The position numbers were made by a program, and so were the translations under genes. The notes under the pieces are model-generated. The model was not told the DNA's origin. It saw only the letters and a list, made by a program, of their open reading frames with translations, and ran no database searches. Below, piece after piece: positions 19,477-29,046 of a stretch of 64,000 nucleotides of DNA (positions are counted from its first letter, which is position 1; the number at the start of each line of letters is the position of its first letter). The DNA lies in assembly GCA_963758295.1 (NCBI GenBank), contig CAVWUU010000004.1, forward strand, positions 1,248,001 to 1,312,000, written 5' to 3'. The stretch comes from Candidatus Eremiobacteria bacterium. GTDB taxonomy: Bacteria; Vulcanimicrobiota; Vulcanimicrobiia; Vulcanimicrobiales; Vulcanimicrobiaceae.

Positions 19477-20901
19477 TTACAGAAGGACCGGCGAGGGCCG
19501 CGTGCCGAGCCAACCGGCAAGGTCGGTCTTGGCCGTAACGTAGCGTCGGGAGGACAGCTCCTCACGGAATTCTCCGAAGAGACCGAACGCCTCCGCAAAA
19601 GCGTCGTGCTTGTGAATCGACTCGTAATTTACTTGGCTCGCGAAGATGAACGTGTCGTCGTCAAGATCGGAATACATGTCCAAAGCGCGCGCGAGAATCC
19701 CGCGTACCACGTCTTCAACGAACTTCGGATTGTGGTGCGCCTTGTTTACGATGAAGAACTCGTCGGGCCGTTTCAACAAGTCATACGTTTCGCTCGACAT
19801 CGAGCTTTCCACGATCTCGACCAAGTCTTCCGCGCGAATTGCATCTGCGCGTTCCTCGGGAACGCCCAACATGATCGAGCCGCGGCCACGCTGATTGTGC
19901 GTCGCTCCGGGCAACGCATCCAGCGCGCGACGGGCGTCGTTTTCGGAAAATCCCGCTTCCATCAGCTCGCGCATCGAATGTTCGCGAACCATCAGCTGCG
20001 CGCACGGGCATGCGGTCATGCCTTCCGCCTCCACGCCCACCACGCGGCGCGTTCCCGCTTCGTCGGCATGCGCGATCCCTACCAGCGTGTACGTTTCTTC
20101 ACCACGTTTGCCGCTGACCGGCGTCCAGCGTTCGAGGCCAAAGTCGGCCCGAAGACGGACGTCGGCGCGAATAGCCCGCTGGCTTTGCACGATCTCACGC
20201 GCAATCGATTCCACGAGACGCTCGATCGGCGCCGGCTTCGTATCGCGCGCCAACACGTCGAGAGTCGCCTCTTCCAAAATCTCGGAGAAGCGCGACATGT
20301 GGACGCCGGCTTTATCAGGCGCGAGATCGGCGACCATGGTAAACTCGCCGTTGAAGACGCGCGGCTGCCCGTCGATTTCAAGTTGCACGATGCGCCGCAC
20401 GCTGGAGACGCCGACGCGATTGAGCGAAAGCCGGACATCGGGCTCTTCTTCTTGCCGGTTCGCGTCGAAATGCAAGCTGCGTTCGCGGCGACGCAATCCG
20501 CTTTGGCCGTTCTGCAACGCGAACGACGAAAACTGCGGTGCGATCTCAGCGAGCGGCACGGCATTGTACTGCCGCTGCGAAAGCTCCGGATGAAGGGCGC
20601 CGTCAAATGCAAGGATGTCAATGTCGATCGGGCGCGCCGCGAGACGGGCGACTTTCGTGCGCCCAACGGAAGCCTCGACTTCACGGATGAGCTTTTCGAA
20701 GTCGTCGCGCGAAACCGTGGACCATACTTCCGCCGCCACGTTCAGAAACGCAGGGCCGGCGGCGCCGCCGGCAGGCGCACTCTCGTAAAAAGCCGAGACG
20801 CGTTCGATCGCCGCGCGCGCTCTGAGGCGTTGGAGTGCGGCCAAAATATTCGCCTGGCGATCTCCGAGGTTAGAACCGATCCCGATGTAAACTCGATGCA
20901 T
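19477..20901 (-). CDS. folK-mptA: Bifunctional FolK (HPPK) and GTP cyclohydrolase MptA/FolE2 fusion
   Basis: YIGIGSNLGDR, FLN, RPIDIDIL, PLAEIAP (HPPK), then GVHMSRF, GMTACPC, THNQRG, NPKFVEDVVR, ESIHKHDA (FolE2/MptA); start ATG 20901. Confidence 0.85.
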   Translation of the reverse strand: MHRVYIGIGSNLGDRQANILAALQRLRARAAIERVSAFYESAPAGGAAGPAFLNVAAEVWSTVSRDDFEKLIREVEASVGRTKVARLAARPIDIDILAFDGALHPELSQRQYNAVPLAEIAPQFSSFALQNGQSGLRRRERSLHFDANRQEEEPDVRLSLNRVGVSSVRRIVQLEIDGQPRVFNGEFTMVADLAPDKAGVHMSRFSEILEEATLDVLARDTKPAPIERLVESIAREIVQSQRAIRADVRLRADFGLERWTPVSGKRGEETYTLVGIAHADEAGTRRVVGVEAEGMTACPCAQLMVREHSMRELMEAGFSENDARRALDALPGATHNQRGRGSIMLGVPEERADAIRAEDLVEIVESSMSSETYDLLKRPDEFFIVNKAHHNPKFVEDVVRGILARALDMYSDLDDDTFIFASQVNYESIHKHDAFAEAFGLFGEFREELSSRRYVTAKTDLAGWLGTRPSPVLL

Positions 20902-20903
20902 TC

Positions 20904-21401
20904 CTATCGTTCCAAAAATAGGGCCTCCACGGTCGACCGGACGAGACGGTCTTGCGAATCGCCAACGATCGTTTTTCGCAACCGGCCGTGACGGTCGAAA
21001 ATGAGCTGCGTCGGCCACGCTTCCACGCCATACGCCTTCCACAGCGAGAACTGGTTATCCACGGCTACCGGCCACACTATGCCCTGAGCACGAAGGTTCT
21101 CCGCTACATAGGCGGGTTGCTTCTCCTCCGGTGTCTCCGGAGAGTGTATTCCGATGATGGCCAGCCCGCGAGACCGCTCGCTGCTATAGAGTTCCCGCAA
21201 TTCGGGGACGACGTTGCGACAATTGATGCAGTCGGCCGTGAAGACGTCCACAATGACGACTTTTCCGTTCAAGCTCGACTGCGGCGGGCGGCCGTTGAAC
21301 CATTGCGTCGCCGCGAGGACCGGCTGTAAACCGGGCATGCTCGCACCGGTAACCGTAAAAAGCAAGATGGCGCCGATTAGCACCGTACTCCAACGCTTCA
21401 T
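20904..21401 (-). CDS. Exported redoxin (thioredoxin-like, DipZ C-terminal type)
   Basis: Signal peptide; CINC active site; GIHSPE, WPVAVDN, AWPT. Confidence 0.8.
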   Translation of the reverse strand: MKRWSTVLIGAILLFTVTGASMPGLQPVLAATQWFNGRPPQSSLNGKVVIVDVFTADCINCRNVVPELRELYSSERSRGLAIIGIHSPETPEEKQPAYVAENLRAQGIVWPVAVDNQFSLWKAYGVEAWPTQLIFDRHGRLRKTIVGDSQDRLVRSTVEALFLER

Positions 21402-21434
21402 GATACTGCAAGTACGCCGGGACGCCGCGTGCGG

Positions 21435-23111
21435 ATGAGCCTTCGCGTTCTCTGCGGGATCGAGGAGCCGCTGGAATTTGCTAACCCGCGCGTCGTCTAT
21501 CGCCCAAAAACCGTTGACGACGCAATCGCTTCACTTCACGAATTAAACCGGGCACTCGCTGGCGGATCTTGGATCGCGGGCTATCTAACTTACGAATTTG
21601 GCGCAGCGCTGCATGGCGTCGATCGCGCCGGAAGTGGCCCGTTGCTATGCCTTGGAGTATTCGATGAACCGTCCAGGCCGGCGATGCGGACCGACGACGC
21701 CTTTTCGCTTTCGCCCCTGCTGAGCACCGCTACGTGGGCCGACTACGCAGCCGCCGTCGGCGACGTGCAGCGCGCGATTTACGACGGCGACGTTTATCAA
21801 GTGAATTACACGGTGCCGTTCTCGACGAACGGGCTTGGCGATTTCGAAAGCTTCTGGCGTTCCGTTGCATCTCGCACCGGCGCAAACTACCAAGCTTACG
21901 TCGAAGACGGCGAGCGACGAATTCTTTCCTGGTCGCCGGAGCTTTTTTTGCAATTCGACGGTACGAGCGTTCGTACTTGTCCGATGAAGGGCACCGCTCC
22001 GCTGGACGCTCCAAAAGACCTTGCGAACGAAAAGAACCGCGCCGAGCACGTGATGATCGTCGACCTCCTGCGCAATGATCTCCAGCGAATCGCACGCGAT
22101 GTGACGGTGCAGCAGCTCTGTTCCGTGGAGCGATATCCGACGTTCCTCACGATGACAAGCACGATTACCGGAATCTTGCAAACGACGTCGCTCGAAGCCA
22201 TCTTTCGCGCGACATTTCCGTGCGGCAGTATCACGGGTGCACCCAAGCGCTCCGCGATCGAACATATCGATCGCTTCGAGCAGCATCCGCGCGAGGTGTA
22301 CTGCGGGACTATCGGTTATCTTTCACCGCAATGGAGAGGCGTATGGAACGTAGCGATTCGGACCGCGCAATTCCACGGCAACGCCGGCCGGTACGACGCA
22401 GGCGGTGGCATAGTGGCCGATTCGAACGCCGCCGGCGAATGGAACGAAGTCTTTCTGAAGACGGCCTTCCTGCGCGAAGACTCTGAGCCAATCGTTCTCC
22501 TTGAAACATTCGCGGCAGCGGCACGCAGCGCAACCATAGACGAGCATCTTTCCAGAATCGCGCGCTCCGCGCAGGCGTTTGGAATATCGTTTCACGAGAA
22601 CGTTATTCGAGAAGCCGTTGAGCGCACTCGGCAGCGATACGGATCGGGAGTCCTGCGTTTGCGCTTGCATGCGAACGGGGAGATCGAAGTCCGGCACGAT
22701 ACCGTCTCGACGCCGCCGGAACCGGTTGCCGTTTGCATCTCACGCGAACGCGTGCAAAGTACCGACCCGTTTCTCCGGCACAAGACGGCGTGGCGTCCCG
22801 CTCAGGGTGCGGCCGGCGTATTTGCGACCGAATGCGGAACATTCGAGGCGCTGTTGCGCAACGAGCGGGGCGAATTGACGGAAGGCTCGCGCACGAATCT
22901 GTTTGCACTCATCGATGGAACCCTTTGGACGCCGCCCGTTTCTTGCGGTCTGCTGCCGGGGATTCTCCGGTCGAACCTCGTAAGCGAAGGTCGGGCCAGG
23001 GAACGATCTTTGCATGTGACGGATTTGCTAAAAGCGGAGCAGCTCTTCGTCGGAAATTCAGCCCGCGGACTGCTACGCGCACGATTGGTAATAACAAACG
23101 AAGATGAGTGA
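21435..23111 (+). CDS. pabB: Aminodeoxychorismate synthase component I fused to ADC lyase (class IV aminotransferase)
   Basis: GDVYQVN, SPELF, PMKGT, KNRAEHVMIVDLLRND, FPCGSITGAPK, NVAIRT; C-terminal HL.R, HKT, TEGSRTN, GLLPGILR. Confidence 0.88.
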   Translation: MSLRVLCGIEEPLEFANPRVVYRPKTVDDAIASLHELNRALAGGSWIAGYLTYEFGAALHGVDRAGSGPLLCLGVFDEPSRPAMRTDDAFSLSPLLSTATWADYAAAVGDVQRAIYDGDVYQVNYTVPFSTNGLGDFESFWRSVASRTGANYQAYVEDGERRILSWSPELFLQFDGTSVRTCPMKGTAPLDAPKDLANEKNRAEHVMIVDLLRNDLQRIARDVTVQQLCSVERYPTFLTMTSTITGILQTTSLEAIFRATFPCGSITGAPKRSAIEHIDRFEQHPREVYCGTIGYLSPQWRGVWNVAIRTAQFHGNAGRYDAGGGIVADSNAAGEWNEVFLKTAFLREDSEPIVLLETFAAAARSATIDEHLSRIARSAQAFGISFHENVIREAVERTRQRYGSGVLRLRLHANGEIEVRHDTVSTPPEPVAVCISRERVQSTDPFLRHKTAWRPAQGAAGVFATECGTFEALLRNERGELTEGSRTNLFALIDGTLWTPPVSCGLLPGILRSNLVSEGRARERSLHVTDLLKAEQLFVGNSARGLLRARLVITNEDE

Positions 23112-24163
23112 CACTCTTTATCCTTACGTGATCGAGCCGAAAGAAACGGAAGCCATTTGGGGCGGCGATGCTCTCTGTAACCAAATTCGCGAAGAAAGGC
23201 GATCCCCAGCAAAAGATCGGCGAATCGTGGGAATGCTGGGACACTAACGCCGTTTTGAACGGTTCCCTAGCCGGCAAGACGATTGCGGGATTGCGTCAAG
23301 AATTAGGCTCCGCATTTCTGGGCGACATCGATCCGTCGCGGCCCTTTCCGGTCCTAACGAAGATTATCGATGCTCGCGATTGGCTTTCAGTGCAAGTCCA
23401 TCCCGACGACAGCTACGCGCAACGCGTGGAGCATGAGCCCAACGGGAAGACGGAGTGCTGGTACGTTTTCTCCGCGCAAGAGGGCGCGGAACTGGTCCTT
23501 GGCTGGACCCGCGATACGTCGCGTGAAGAATACGAACGACGCGTCGCCGACGGCACGCTAGGCGACATCTTGCGGCGCGTTCCGGTAAACGCCGGCGATG
23601 CGTTTTACTTACCGGCGGGAACGCTGCACGCGATCGGGTCCGGAATCATCCTGTTCGAAACCCAACAGGCGAGCGACCTTACCTATCGCATTTTCGATTG
23701 GAATCGCACCGGCGCCGACGGAAAGCCCCGCGAGCTTCACGTGCGCAAGGCGGCGGACGTTCTCGATTACGGACGAGGAACCGCGGGAGCCGTCGAAACG
23801 CTCTCCTATTCTTTCGAGGGGCTGGAGCGAACGGCCATCATCGCCGATTCGCGCTTCATCGTCGAGCGGATCTTTGCCGGAACCGAACCCGCTTCATTCC
23901 CTACGCACAACCGTCCGCAAATCATCATGGCGCTCGAGCATCCGCTAAGCGTTTCCGCGGGCGACGTCGAAGTGAAACTGAACGCGTATCAAACGGCGCT
24001 CGTTCCGGCCGCGGTTGAGTGGACTACCGTTTCAGCGCCCGGCGGCAAAGCCGGGTTCATGTTCGTAACGCCGCCGGAGAACCGGCAGGCTTTCGCGGTT
24101 CAACTGCTAGCCGCCGGGCTCGAGCAAGAACGTATCGACCGGTTCATGGAACAATTTCAATGA
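23104..24163 (+). pseudogene. manA: Class I mannose-6-phosphate isomerase with a +1 frameshift near 23176 (pseudogene or sequence error)
   Basis: ATG 23104 gives MSDTLYPYVIEPKETEAIWGGDAL; one extra base later the frame continues VTKF..IGESWE..LSVQVHP..KTECWY..GTLHAIG..ETQQASD.TYR. Confidence 0.75.
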
Positions 24164-24185
24164 CGTCCACGCGCAGACGAAGCGA

Positions 24186-24731
24186 CTAGCCTAAATACCG
24201 CCGGACGATCTCCCGCAGCTCGTCTCCGGTCGTTAAAGCGTCGCGGGAATCCAGCGGACGCCCATCAGGTGAGAGCCGCGCGATATCCCAGCGTTCGCCG
24301 TGACGTTCCCCGAAGTAGCCGTCTTCTGCGGCGGCCTCTGCATGGGTGAGCACGCTCGATCGGTCGAGCGGAATTCGATAAAAGCGCACGAGTTCGGCCG
24401 CCACGCGGCATAAGCCCTCGTAAAGAGGCCGAGTGATGGGATAAAGCCCAAAATCCGAGGGCGTCGCATCGTGCATTCCCATCAGCGCGATGCCCGCAGC
24501 GTAGGAGTTGCGTCCTTGGGTGTGCGCCGCGTACTCGCCCCCGGCCCGAACGTCTCGCATGTTCGCGCGCAGATCGTTGGTCTGCGAGACCAAAACTTGC
24601 CCCCGGCTCTGGGAGACGCAGAAATGGTAGGCGGGGAACACCGTCTCGTAGTCGCCGCCGGACCAGTGAAAGTACACGCGGTCGATGCGCCCATCGGGGA
24701 ACTTCGGTTGCCACTCGGAGATGCTTATCAC
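24186..24731 (-). CDS. N-acetylmuramoyl-L-alanine amidase type 2-like protein
   Basis: YFHWS, YHFCV, AHTQGRNS..GI, VLTHAE motifs; start estimated at GTG 24731. Confidence 0.65.
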   Translation of the reverse strand: MISISEWQPKFPDGRIDRVYFHWSGGDYETVFPAYHFCVSQSRGQVLVSQTNDLRANMRDVRAGGEYAAHTQGRNSYAAGIALMGMHDATPSDFGLYPITRPLYEGLCRVAAELVRFYRIPLDRSSVLTHAEAAAEDGYFGERHGERWDIARLSPDGRPLDSRDALTTGDELREIVRRYLG

Positions 24732-24774
24732 GGCGACGCTAGTTTTATGCCGCCGATGGCGAATCTTCCCGGCA

Positions 24775-26145
24775 ATGCTGCTTCTGGCTGCTACACTCGG
24801 CATGAGCGCCGCATTGGCGGCCCCCACGCTCAACGGCGCGCACGTTTCGGCTTTGGTCGTAAACGCCCGCACCGGCGCCGTTGCTTTCGAGCGAAACTCC
24901 AACGATGCGTTTCAGCCTGCTTCGACGCTGAAGCTGCTCGTGGGTTCCGTGGCGCTGCAGCTCCTCGGTCCCGACTCAACGCTGCAGACCGAAGCCTTGA
25001 CCGACGGAAGCATCCAACACGGAACGCTGTACGGGAATCTCTACGTTCGAGGCGGAGGCGATCCGGCGATCGATGCGGCCGCGTTTGAAGACGCAGCGCG
25101 AACGCTCGCCGCGCAGCATCTGAATCGCCTTTCCGGTTCGATCGTGATAGATAACAGCGCCTTCACGGCATCTCCCTATCCCGACGGCTGGACGGTGGAC
25201 GATTTACCGAACGATTACGCCGCCCCAATTACGGCGCTGGCCTTCAACGAAAATGCCGTGGCGTTGCGTCTTACGCCATCGGCTTCGAATGCGCCGGCTC
25301 TTATCGCAATGTCGCCCCAAGACGGAACGCTTACGATCGACAATCGCACAATAACCGGTTCCCGCACCGCCGAAGATTCTACGCAGCTCGAATGGCCTTC
25401 CAACGCGCCCGGCGTCATTCGCGTCACGGGAACGGTTCCGGCGAATGTGAACGATCCTCTCGAGCTAGATGCTGCGGTTCCGGATCCCGTAGCCTTCGCG
25501 GGATCTCAGTTCGAACGCGCGCTCGCAACGGAGAAAATCGCGATAGACAGGGTAGCTGTTCGCGAAGGCACGACCCCGCCATCGGCGCGCGTCTTGTGGC
25601 AGCATCGCTCGCCCGCGATGCGCGATTTAATCGCTAAAATGTGGCTTCCGAGCGATGACTTCTTTGCCGAATCGCTCCTGGAAGATTTAGCCCAAGCGCC
25701 GGCAACGGCGGACACACGCGCCGCCGGGATCGCTCGGGAAATGCAATGGCTCCAAACCCTCGGCGTCGCACCGGCTGCTGCGGCGATTGCCGACGGTTCC
25801 GGCGTTTCGCAATACGATCGCCTGTCGGCAGCCACGCTGGTTAGCGTGCTGCGCGCAGATTGGAGGTCATCGAATCGCGAGGCGATAGTTGCGGCGCTGC
25901 CGGTCGCAGGCCAAAGCGGAACGCTCGAGCGCTCCTTCAAAAATTCGGCGCTCGACGGAATCGTTCACGCGAAGACGGGCTCGATGATGCACGTTCGTAC
26001 GCTAGCCGGATACGTATTGCGGCCTAACGCCGATCCGTTAATCTTTGCCTTGCTGGTAAACGATTGGATGGACTCGTCGGCGGGCGCTTCTTCGGCGATC
26101 CGGCTGGTTCAAGAACGATTCCTCGAAGCGGCGCTTCAGCCGTGA
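24775..26145 (+). CDS. dacB: D-alanyl-D-alanine carboxypeptidase/endopeptidase (PBP4, peptidase S13)
   Basis: PASTLK (SxxK), GGGDP, SDD at the SxN position, DGSG.S, AKTGS; start uncertain (24721 or 24775). Confidence 0.88.
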   Translation: MLLLAATLGMSAALAAPTLNGAHVSALVVNARTGAVAFERNSNDAFQPASTLKLLVGSVALQLLGPDSTLQTEALTDGSIQHGTLYGNLYVRGGGDPAIDAAAFEDAARTLAAQHLNRLSGSIVIDNSAFTASPYPDGWTVDDLPNDYAAPITALAFNENAVALRLTPSASNAPALIAMSPQDGTLTIDNRTITGSRTAEDSTQLEWPSNAPGVIRVTGTVPANVNDPLELDAAVPDPVAFAGSQFERALATEKIAIDRVAVREGTTPPSARVLWQHRSPAMRDLIAKMWLPSDDFFAESLLEDLAQAPATADTRAAGIAREMQWLQTLGVAPAAAAIADGSGVSQYDRLSAATLVSVLRADWRSSNREAIVAALPVAGQSGTLERSFKNSALDGIVHAKTGSMMHVRTLAGYVLRPNADPLIFALLVNDWMDSSAGASSAIRLVQERFLEAALQP

Positions 26146-26186
26146 ACCACAAATCCAAAACAGTGCGGCCGGCGTTCTCTCTACGT

Positions 26187-26657
26187 ATGAATCGAGCAAG
26201 ATTTTTCGCCGCATCGGCCGCGGTGACTGCCGGCGCTATGTTGCCCGCTATCGCCTCTGCATCCGAATTTGCCGTTCAGCACTCCGAGGCGCAATGGCGT
26301 AAGATCCTGGGCGACGATCGTTTTGAAATACTCCGGCGCGACGGCACGGAACCGGCATTTTCCAGCCCATTGCTCGGCGAAAAGCGTAGCGGGACCTACC
26401 ATTGCGCCGGCTGCAATCAAGCCCTCTTCTCTTCGTCCACGAAATACGACAGTGGTGACGGATGGCCGTCGTTTTGGACCGTTCTTCCGCACGTTACGGA
26501 AACTCGGTCGGACTACGCGCTTCTGGGTGAGCCTCGAACGGAAGTGCATTGTTCGCGATGTGGGAGTCATCTGGGCCACATTTTCGATGACGGCCCGGCG
26601 CCCACACACCTTCGTTACTGCATAGACGGGCTGGCGCTTCGCTTCGTCCCCCGATAG
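26187..26657 (+). CDS. msrB: Peptide-methionine (R)-S-oxide reductase with Tat-like leader
   Basis: GTE, CAGC, KYDSG.GWPSF, RTEVHCSRCGSHLGHIFDDGP, RYC; leader MNRARFFAAS. Confidence 0.92.
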   Translation: MNRARFFAASAAVTAGAMLPAIASASEFAVQHSEAQWRKILGDDRFEILRRDGTEPAFSSPLLGEKRSGTYHCAGCNQALFSSSTKYDSGDGWPSFWTVLPHVTETRSDYALLGEPRTEVHCSRCGSHLGHIFDDGPAPTHLRYCIDGLALRFVPR

Positions 26658-26675
26658 GCGGGGTATCTGCCGTGT

Positions 26676-27677
26676 ATGGCGGCGCTCCCTGATTTCATCC
26701 AAATCGAACCCGTTGGGCAATGTAACCTGCGCTGTCAAATGTGCCCGATTCAATTTCGTCGCGACGGGCCGCCATTCGGCCCGCCCGCATTCATGAAGTT
26801 CGAGCTCTTCGCCCGCCTCATCGACCAGTTTCCAAATCTCCGCGAGCTCCAATTGCAAGGGCTCGGGGAGCCGTTGATGCACCCGCAATTTTTCGACATG
26901 GTTCACTATGCGTCGTCGCGAGGCATCACGGTCTCCGTGAACACAAACCTTACGTTGCTTACGCCCAAGACCGCAGCGCGGTGCGTTACCAGCGGCCTCA
27001 AACGCCTTCATGCTTCTTTGGACGGTGCGACGGCGGCGACGTACGAACGCATTCGCGTGCAGGCGAATTATGACAAAGCCGTGCGCAACTTAGAGCGGGT
27101 TGTCGTTGCAAGAAAGGCTCTTGGCGCCACAACGCCGTCCATCGAACTCGTCGCCGTCGCCATGCGCCAAAATTTAGACGAGCTTCCTACGCTCGTGGAG
27201 CTCGCGAGCGACCTAGGCGTCGATGCGATGAGCGTGCAGCATCTGTGTCACTCGTTTGGTGAATCGACGTTGCCCGAGCAGTACCGTCCAATGCGCGATT
27301 TCGTGGAAGAACAGACGCTGCTCCATGTCGACCGCGAGCGAATCGCGGAGGTTTTCACACGCGCCGCCGCCATCGCACGGAACCGTGCGCTTCCGCTGCG
27401 CCTGCCGCGCGTCGAGGCGCGCGCGCATAAAGCCGCAACGCCCGGACGGCTGCGTTGCGACTGGCCGTGGACGGGTGCGTATTTCAGCTACGACGGCTGG
27501 AGCATGCCGTGTTGCATGGTTTCCACGCCGGACCGGATCAATTTCGGCAGCACCGCCGAACGCAGCGTTCACGAGATCTGGAACGGGGCACCGTACGAAG
27601 CCTTCCGCAAACGCCTAGCGTCGCCGGAGCCGCCGGAAGTCTGCCGCTCTTGCTCCCTTTATGCGGGAACGTTTTGA
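26676..27677 (+). CDS. Radical SAM protein with C-terminal SPASM/Twitch-type domain
   Basis: CNLRCQMC, GLGEPL, SLDG; C-terminal CDWPW...PCC...CRSC. Confidence 0.88.
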   Translation: MAALPDFIQIEPVGQCNLRCQMCPIQFRRDGPPFGPPAFMKFELFARLIDQFPNLRELQLQGLGEPLMHPQFFDMVHYASSRGITVSVNTNLTLLTPKTAARCVTSGLKRLHASLDGATAATYERIRVQANYDKAVRNLERVVVARKALGATTPSIELVAVAMRQNLDELPTLVELASDLGVDAMSVQHLCHSFGESTLPEQYRPMRDFVEEQTLLHVDRERIAEVFTRAAAIARNRALPLRLPRVEARAHKAATPGRLRCDWPWTGAYFSYDGWSMPCCMVSTPDRINFGSTAERSVHEIWNGAPYEAFRKRLASPEPPEVCRSCSLYAGTF

Positions 27678-28912
27678 GCCGTTAACGCTTCCAACACCAC
27701 GTCGACTTCCGAGCCCGTGTTATAGTGCGCGAGCCCGATTCGCACGACGCCGGCGCTTTCTTCCAGACCCAAGGCGCGGACGATTTCGAGCGCGTAATTA
27801 TTGCCGGACCATACGAAAATATTGCGCCCGGCAAGGTCGCGAGCAATTTCATCGGTAGTTCTCGTCGCATGCGTGAATGAGACGGTCGGAACGCGCGATC
27901 CATAGCGCGATTGGTCGGTGATGCCGTAAATCGTCACTTCCGGAATCTGCTGCAGTCCCGCGATCAGCCGCGCGACGAGCTGCCGTTCGTAAACCGACGC
28001 AGCGGAGAATGCTGCGCAGATGCGCTCTCGTTCGCTCCCCGTTGCGCCGCACAGCGTTCCAAGCCAGGCGAGGTACTCAACCGTCGCTCCGAGCGCCGCT
28101 TGCAGTTCGATTTGCGGCGTGCCGGTTTCATACCGCCACGGCAGCTCATCGGTTGCCGGGCGAACTTTGTAGGCGATCAGCTCGTCAAGCAGCCCCTCCC
28201 GTCCGTACACGATGCCAAGATGCGGCCCGAAGAACTTGTACGACGAGCATGCTAGGAAGTCGCATCCCAGCGCCTGGACGTCGATGAAGTCGTGCGGCGC
28301 AAGTTGCACGGCGTCGACATAGCAAAGGGCGCCGGCGGCGTGAACCTTCGAAACGAGCGCGCGCACGTCGTTGATGGATCCCGTCAGGTTGCTCGCGTAA
28401 TTCAGGGCGACGAGCTTCGTTCGCTCGCTCAGCACGGCGTCTAATGCTGCAGGCTCGATCGTCCACGAATCGCCATCGAAGTCGAGCCACCGAATCGTCG
28501 CGCCGCGTTCTTCGGCCATCATCAGCCACGGGGCGATATTCCCGTCGTGATCCATCCGTGTGACGACGATTTCGTCGCCCGGTCCGATCCTGCGCCCAAT
28601 GCTCCGCGAGAGATGAAACGTCAGGTTCGTCATGCTTTGCGCGACGACGATTTCCCGTTCCGAAGCGGCGCCGAGCATCGTTGCCATCGCTTTATGCGCG
28701 CGCAGCACGCGTTCTTCGGCGAGCTCGCTGGTGCGAAAGTATCCGCCCAGATTCGCGTTGGTTTCCAGCAAGCAGCGGGCGGCTGCGTCGGCCACCCGCT
28801 GCGGCACCTGGGTGCCAGCCGGGTTATCTAGATACACGCGAGCTTGTCCGGCGTCGCGAAGCGCGAGCGCGGGAAACTGCGCGCGCACCGCGTCGATAGG
28901 GAATGCCGTCAT
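27659..28912 (-). CDS. Cysteine desulfurase-like class V PLP enzyme (VC1184-type)
   Basis: AVRAQFPAL, YLDNPAGTQVP, DHDGNIAPW, DAVQ, CSSYKFFGPH, ETGT; SGNNYA where SufS has the catalytic Cys. Confidence 0.85.
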   Translation of the reverse strand: MTAFPIDAVRAQFPALALRDAGQARVYLDNPAGTQVPQRVADAAARCLLETNANLGGYFRTSELAEERVLRAHKAMATMLGAASEREIVVAQSMTNLTFHLSRSIGRRIGPGDEIVVTRMDHDGNIAPWLMMAEERGATIRWLDFDGDSWTIEPAALDAVLSERTKLVALNYASNLTGSINDVRALVSKVHAAGALCYVDAVQLAPHDFIDVQALGCDFLACSSYKFFGPHLGIVYGREGLLDELIAYKVRPATDELPWRYETGTPQIELQAALGATVEYLAWLGTLCGATGSERERICAAFSAASVYERQLVARLIAGLQQIPEVTIYGITDQSRYGSRVPTVSFTHATRTTDEIARDLAGRNIFVWSGNNYALEIVRALGLEESAGVVRIGLAHYNTGSEVDVVLEALTAQNVPA

Positions 28913-28997
28913 GGGCCGTGGGTTAAGCCAAGGCACAAGCCGTTCCTATTTCTGAATCGAGCAACCGTTCGCACGTTGAACTGCGAGGCGACAATCG

Positions 28998-29006
28998 TGC
29001 TATAAC
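28998..29006 (+). promoter_or_regulatory. Possible extended -10 promoter element for gdhA
   Basis: TGcTATAAC about 40 bp upstream of the GGAGG-ATG start. Confidence 0.35.
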
Positions 29007-29046
29007 AAAGTGACTCGCGTTTTCTTGAACAATGCGGAGGTGCCGC

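Noticed and set aside
19402..20991. 529-aa plus-strand ORF
   Set aside because: Antisense shadow of folK-mptA with no recognisable motifs; long shadow ORFs are expected in GC-rich coding DNA.
26187..28912. RiPP cluster around the radical SAM gene
   Set aside because: No precursor peptide, RRE domain, peptidase or exporter adjacent.
27659..28912. Missing catalytic Cys as a sign of pseudogenisation
   Set aside because: The frame is intact and this substitution is a known feature of the VC1184-type subfamily.
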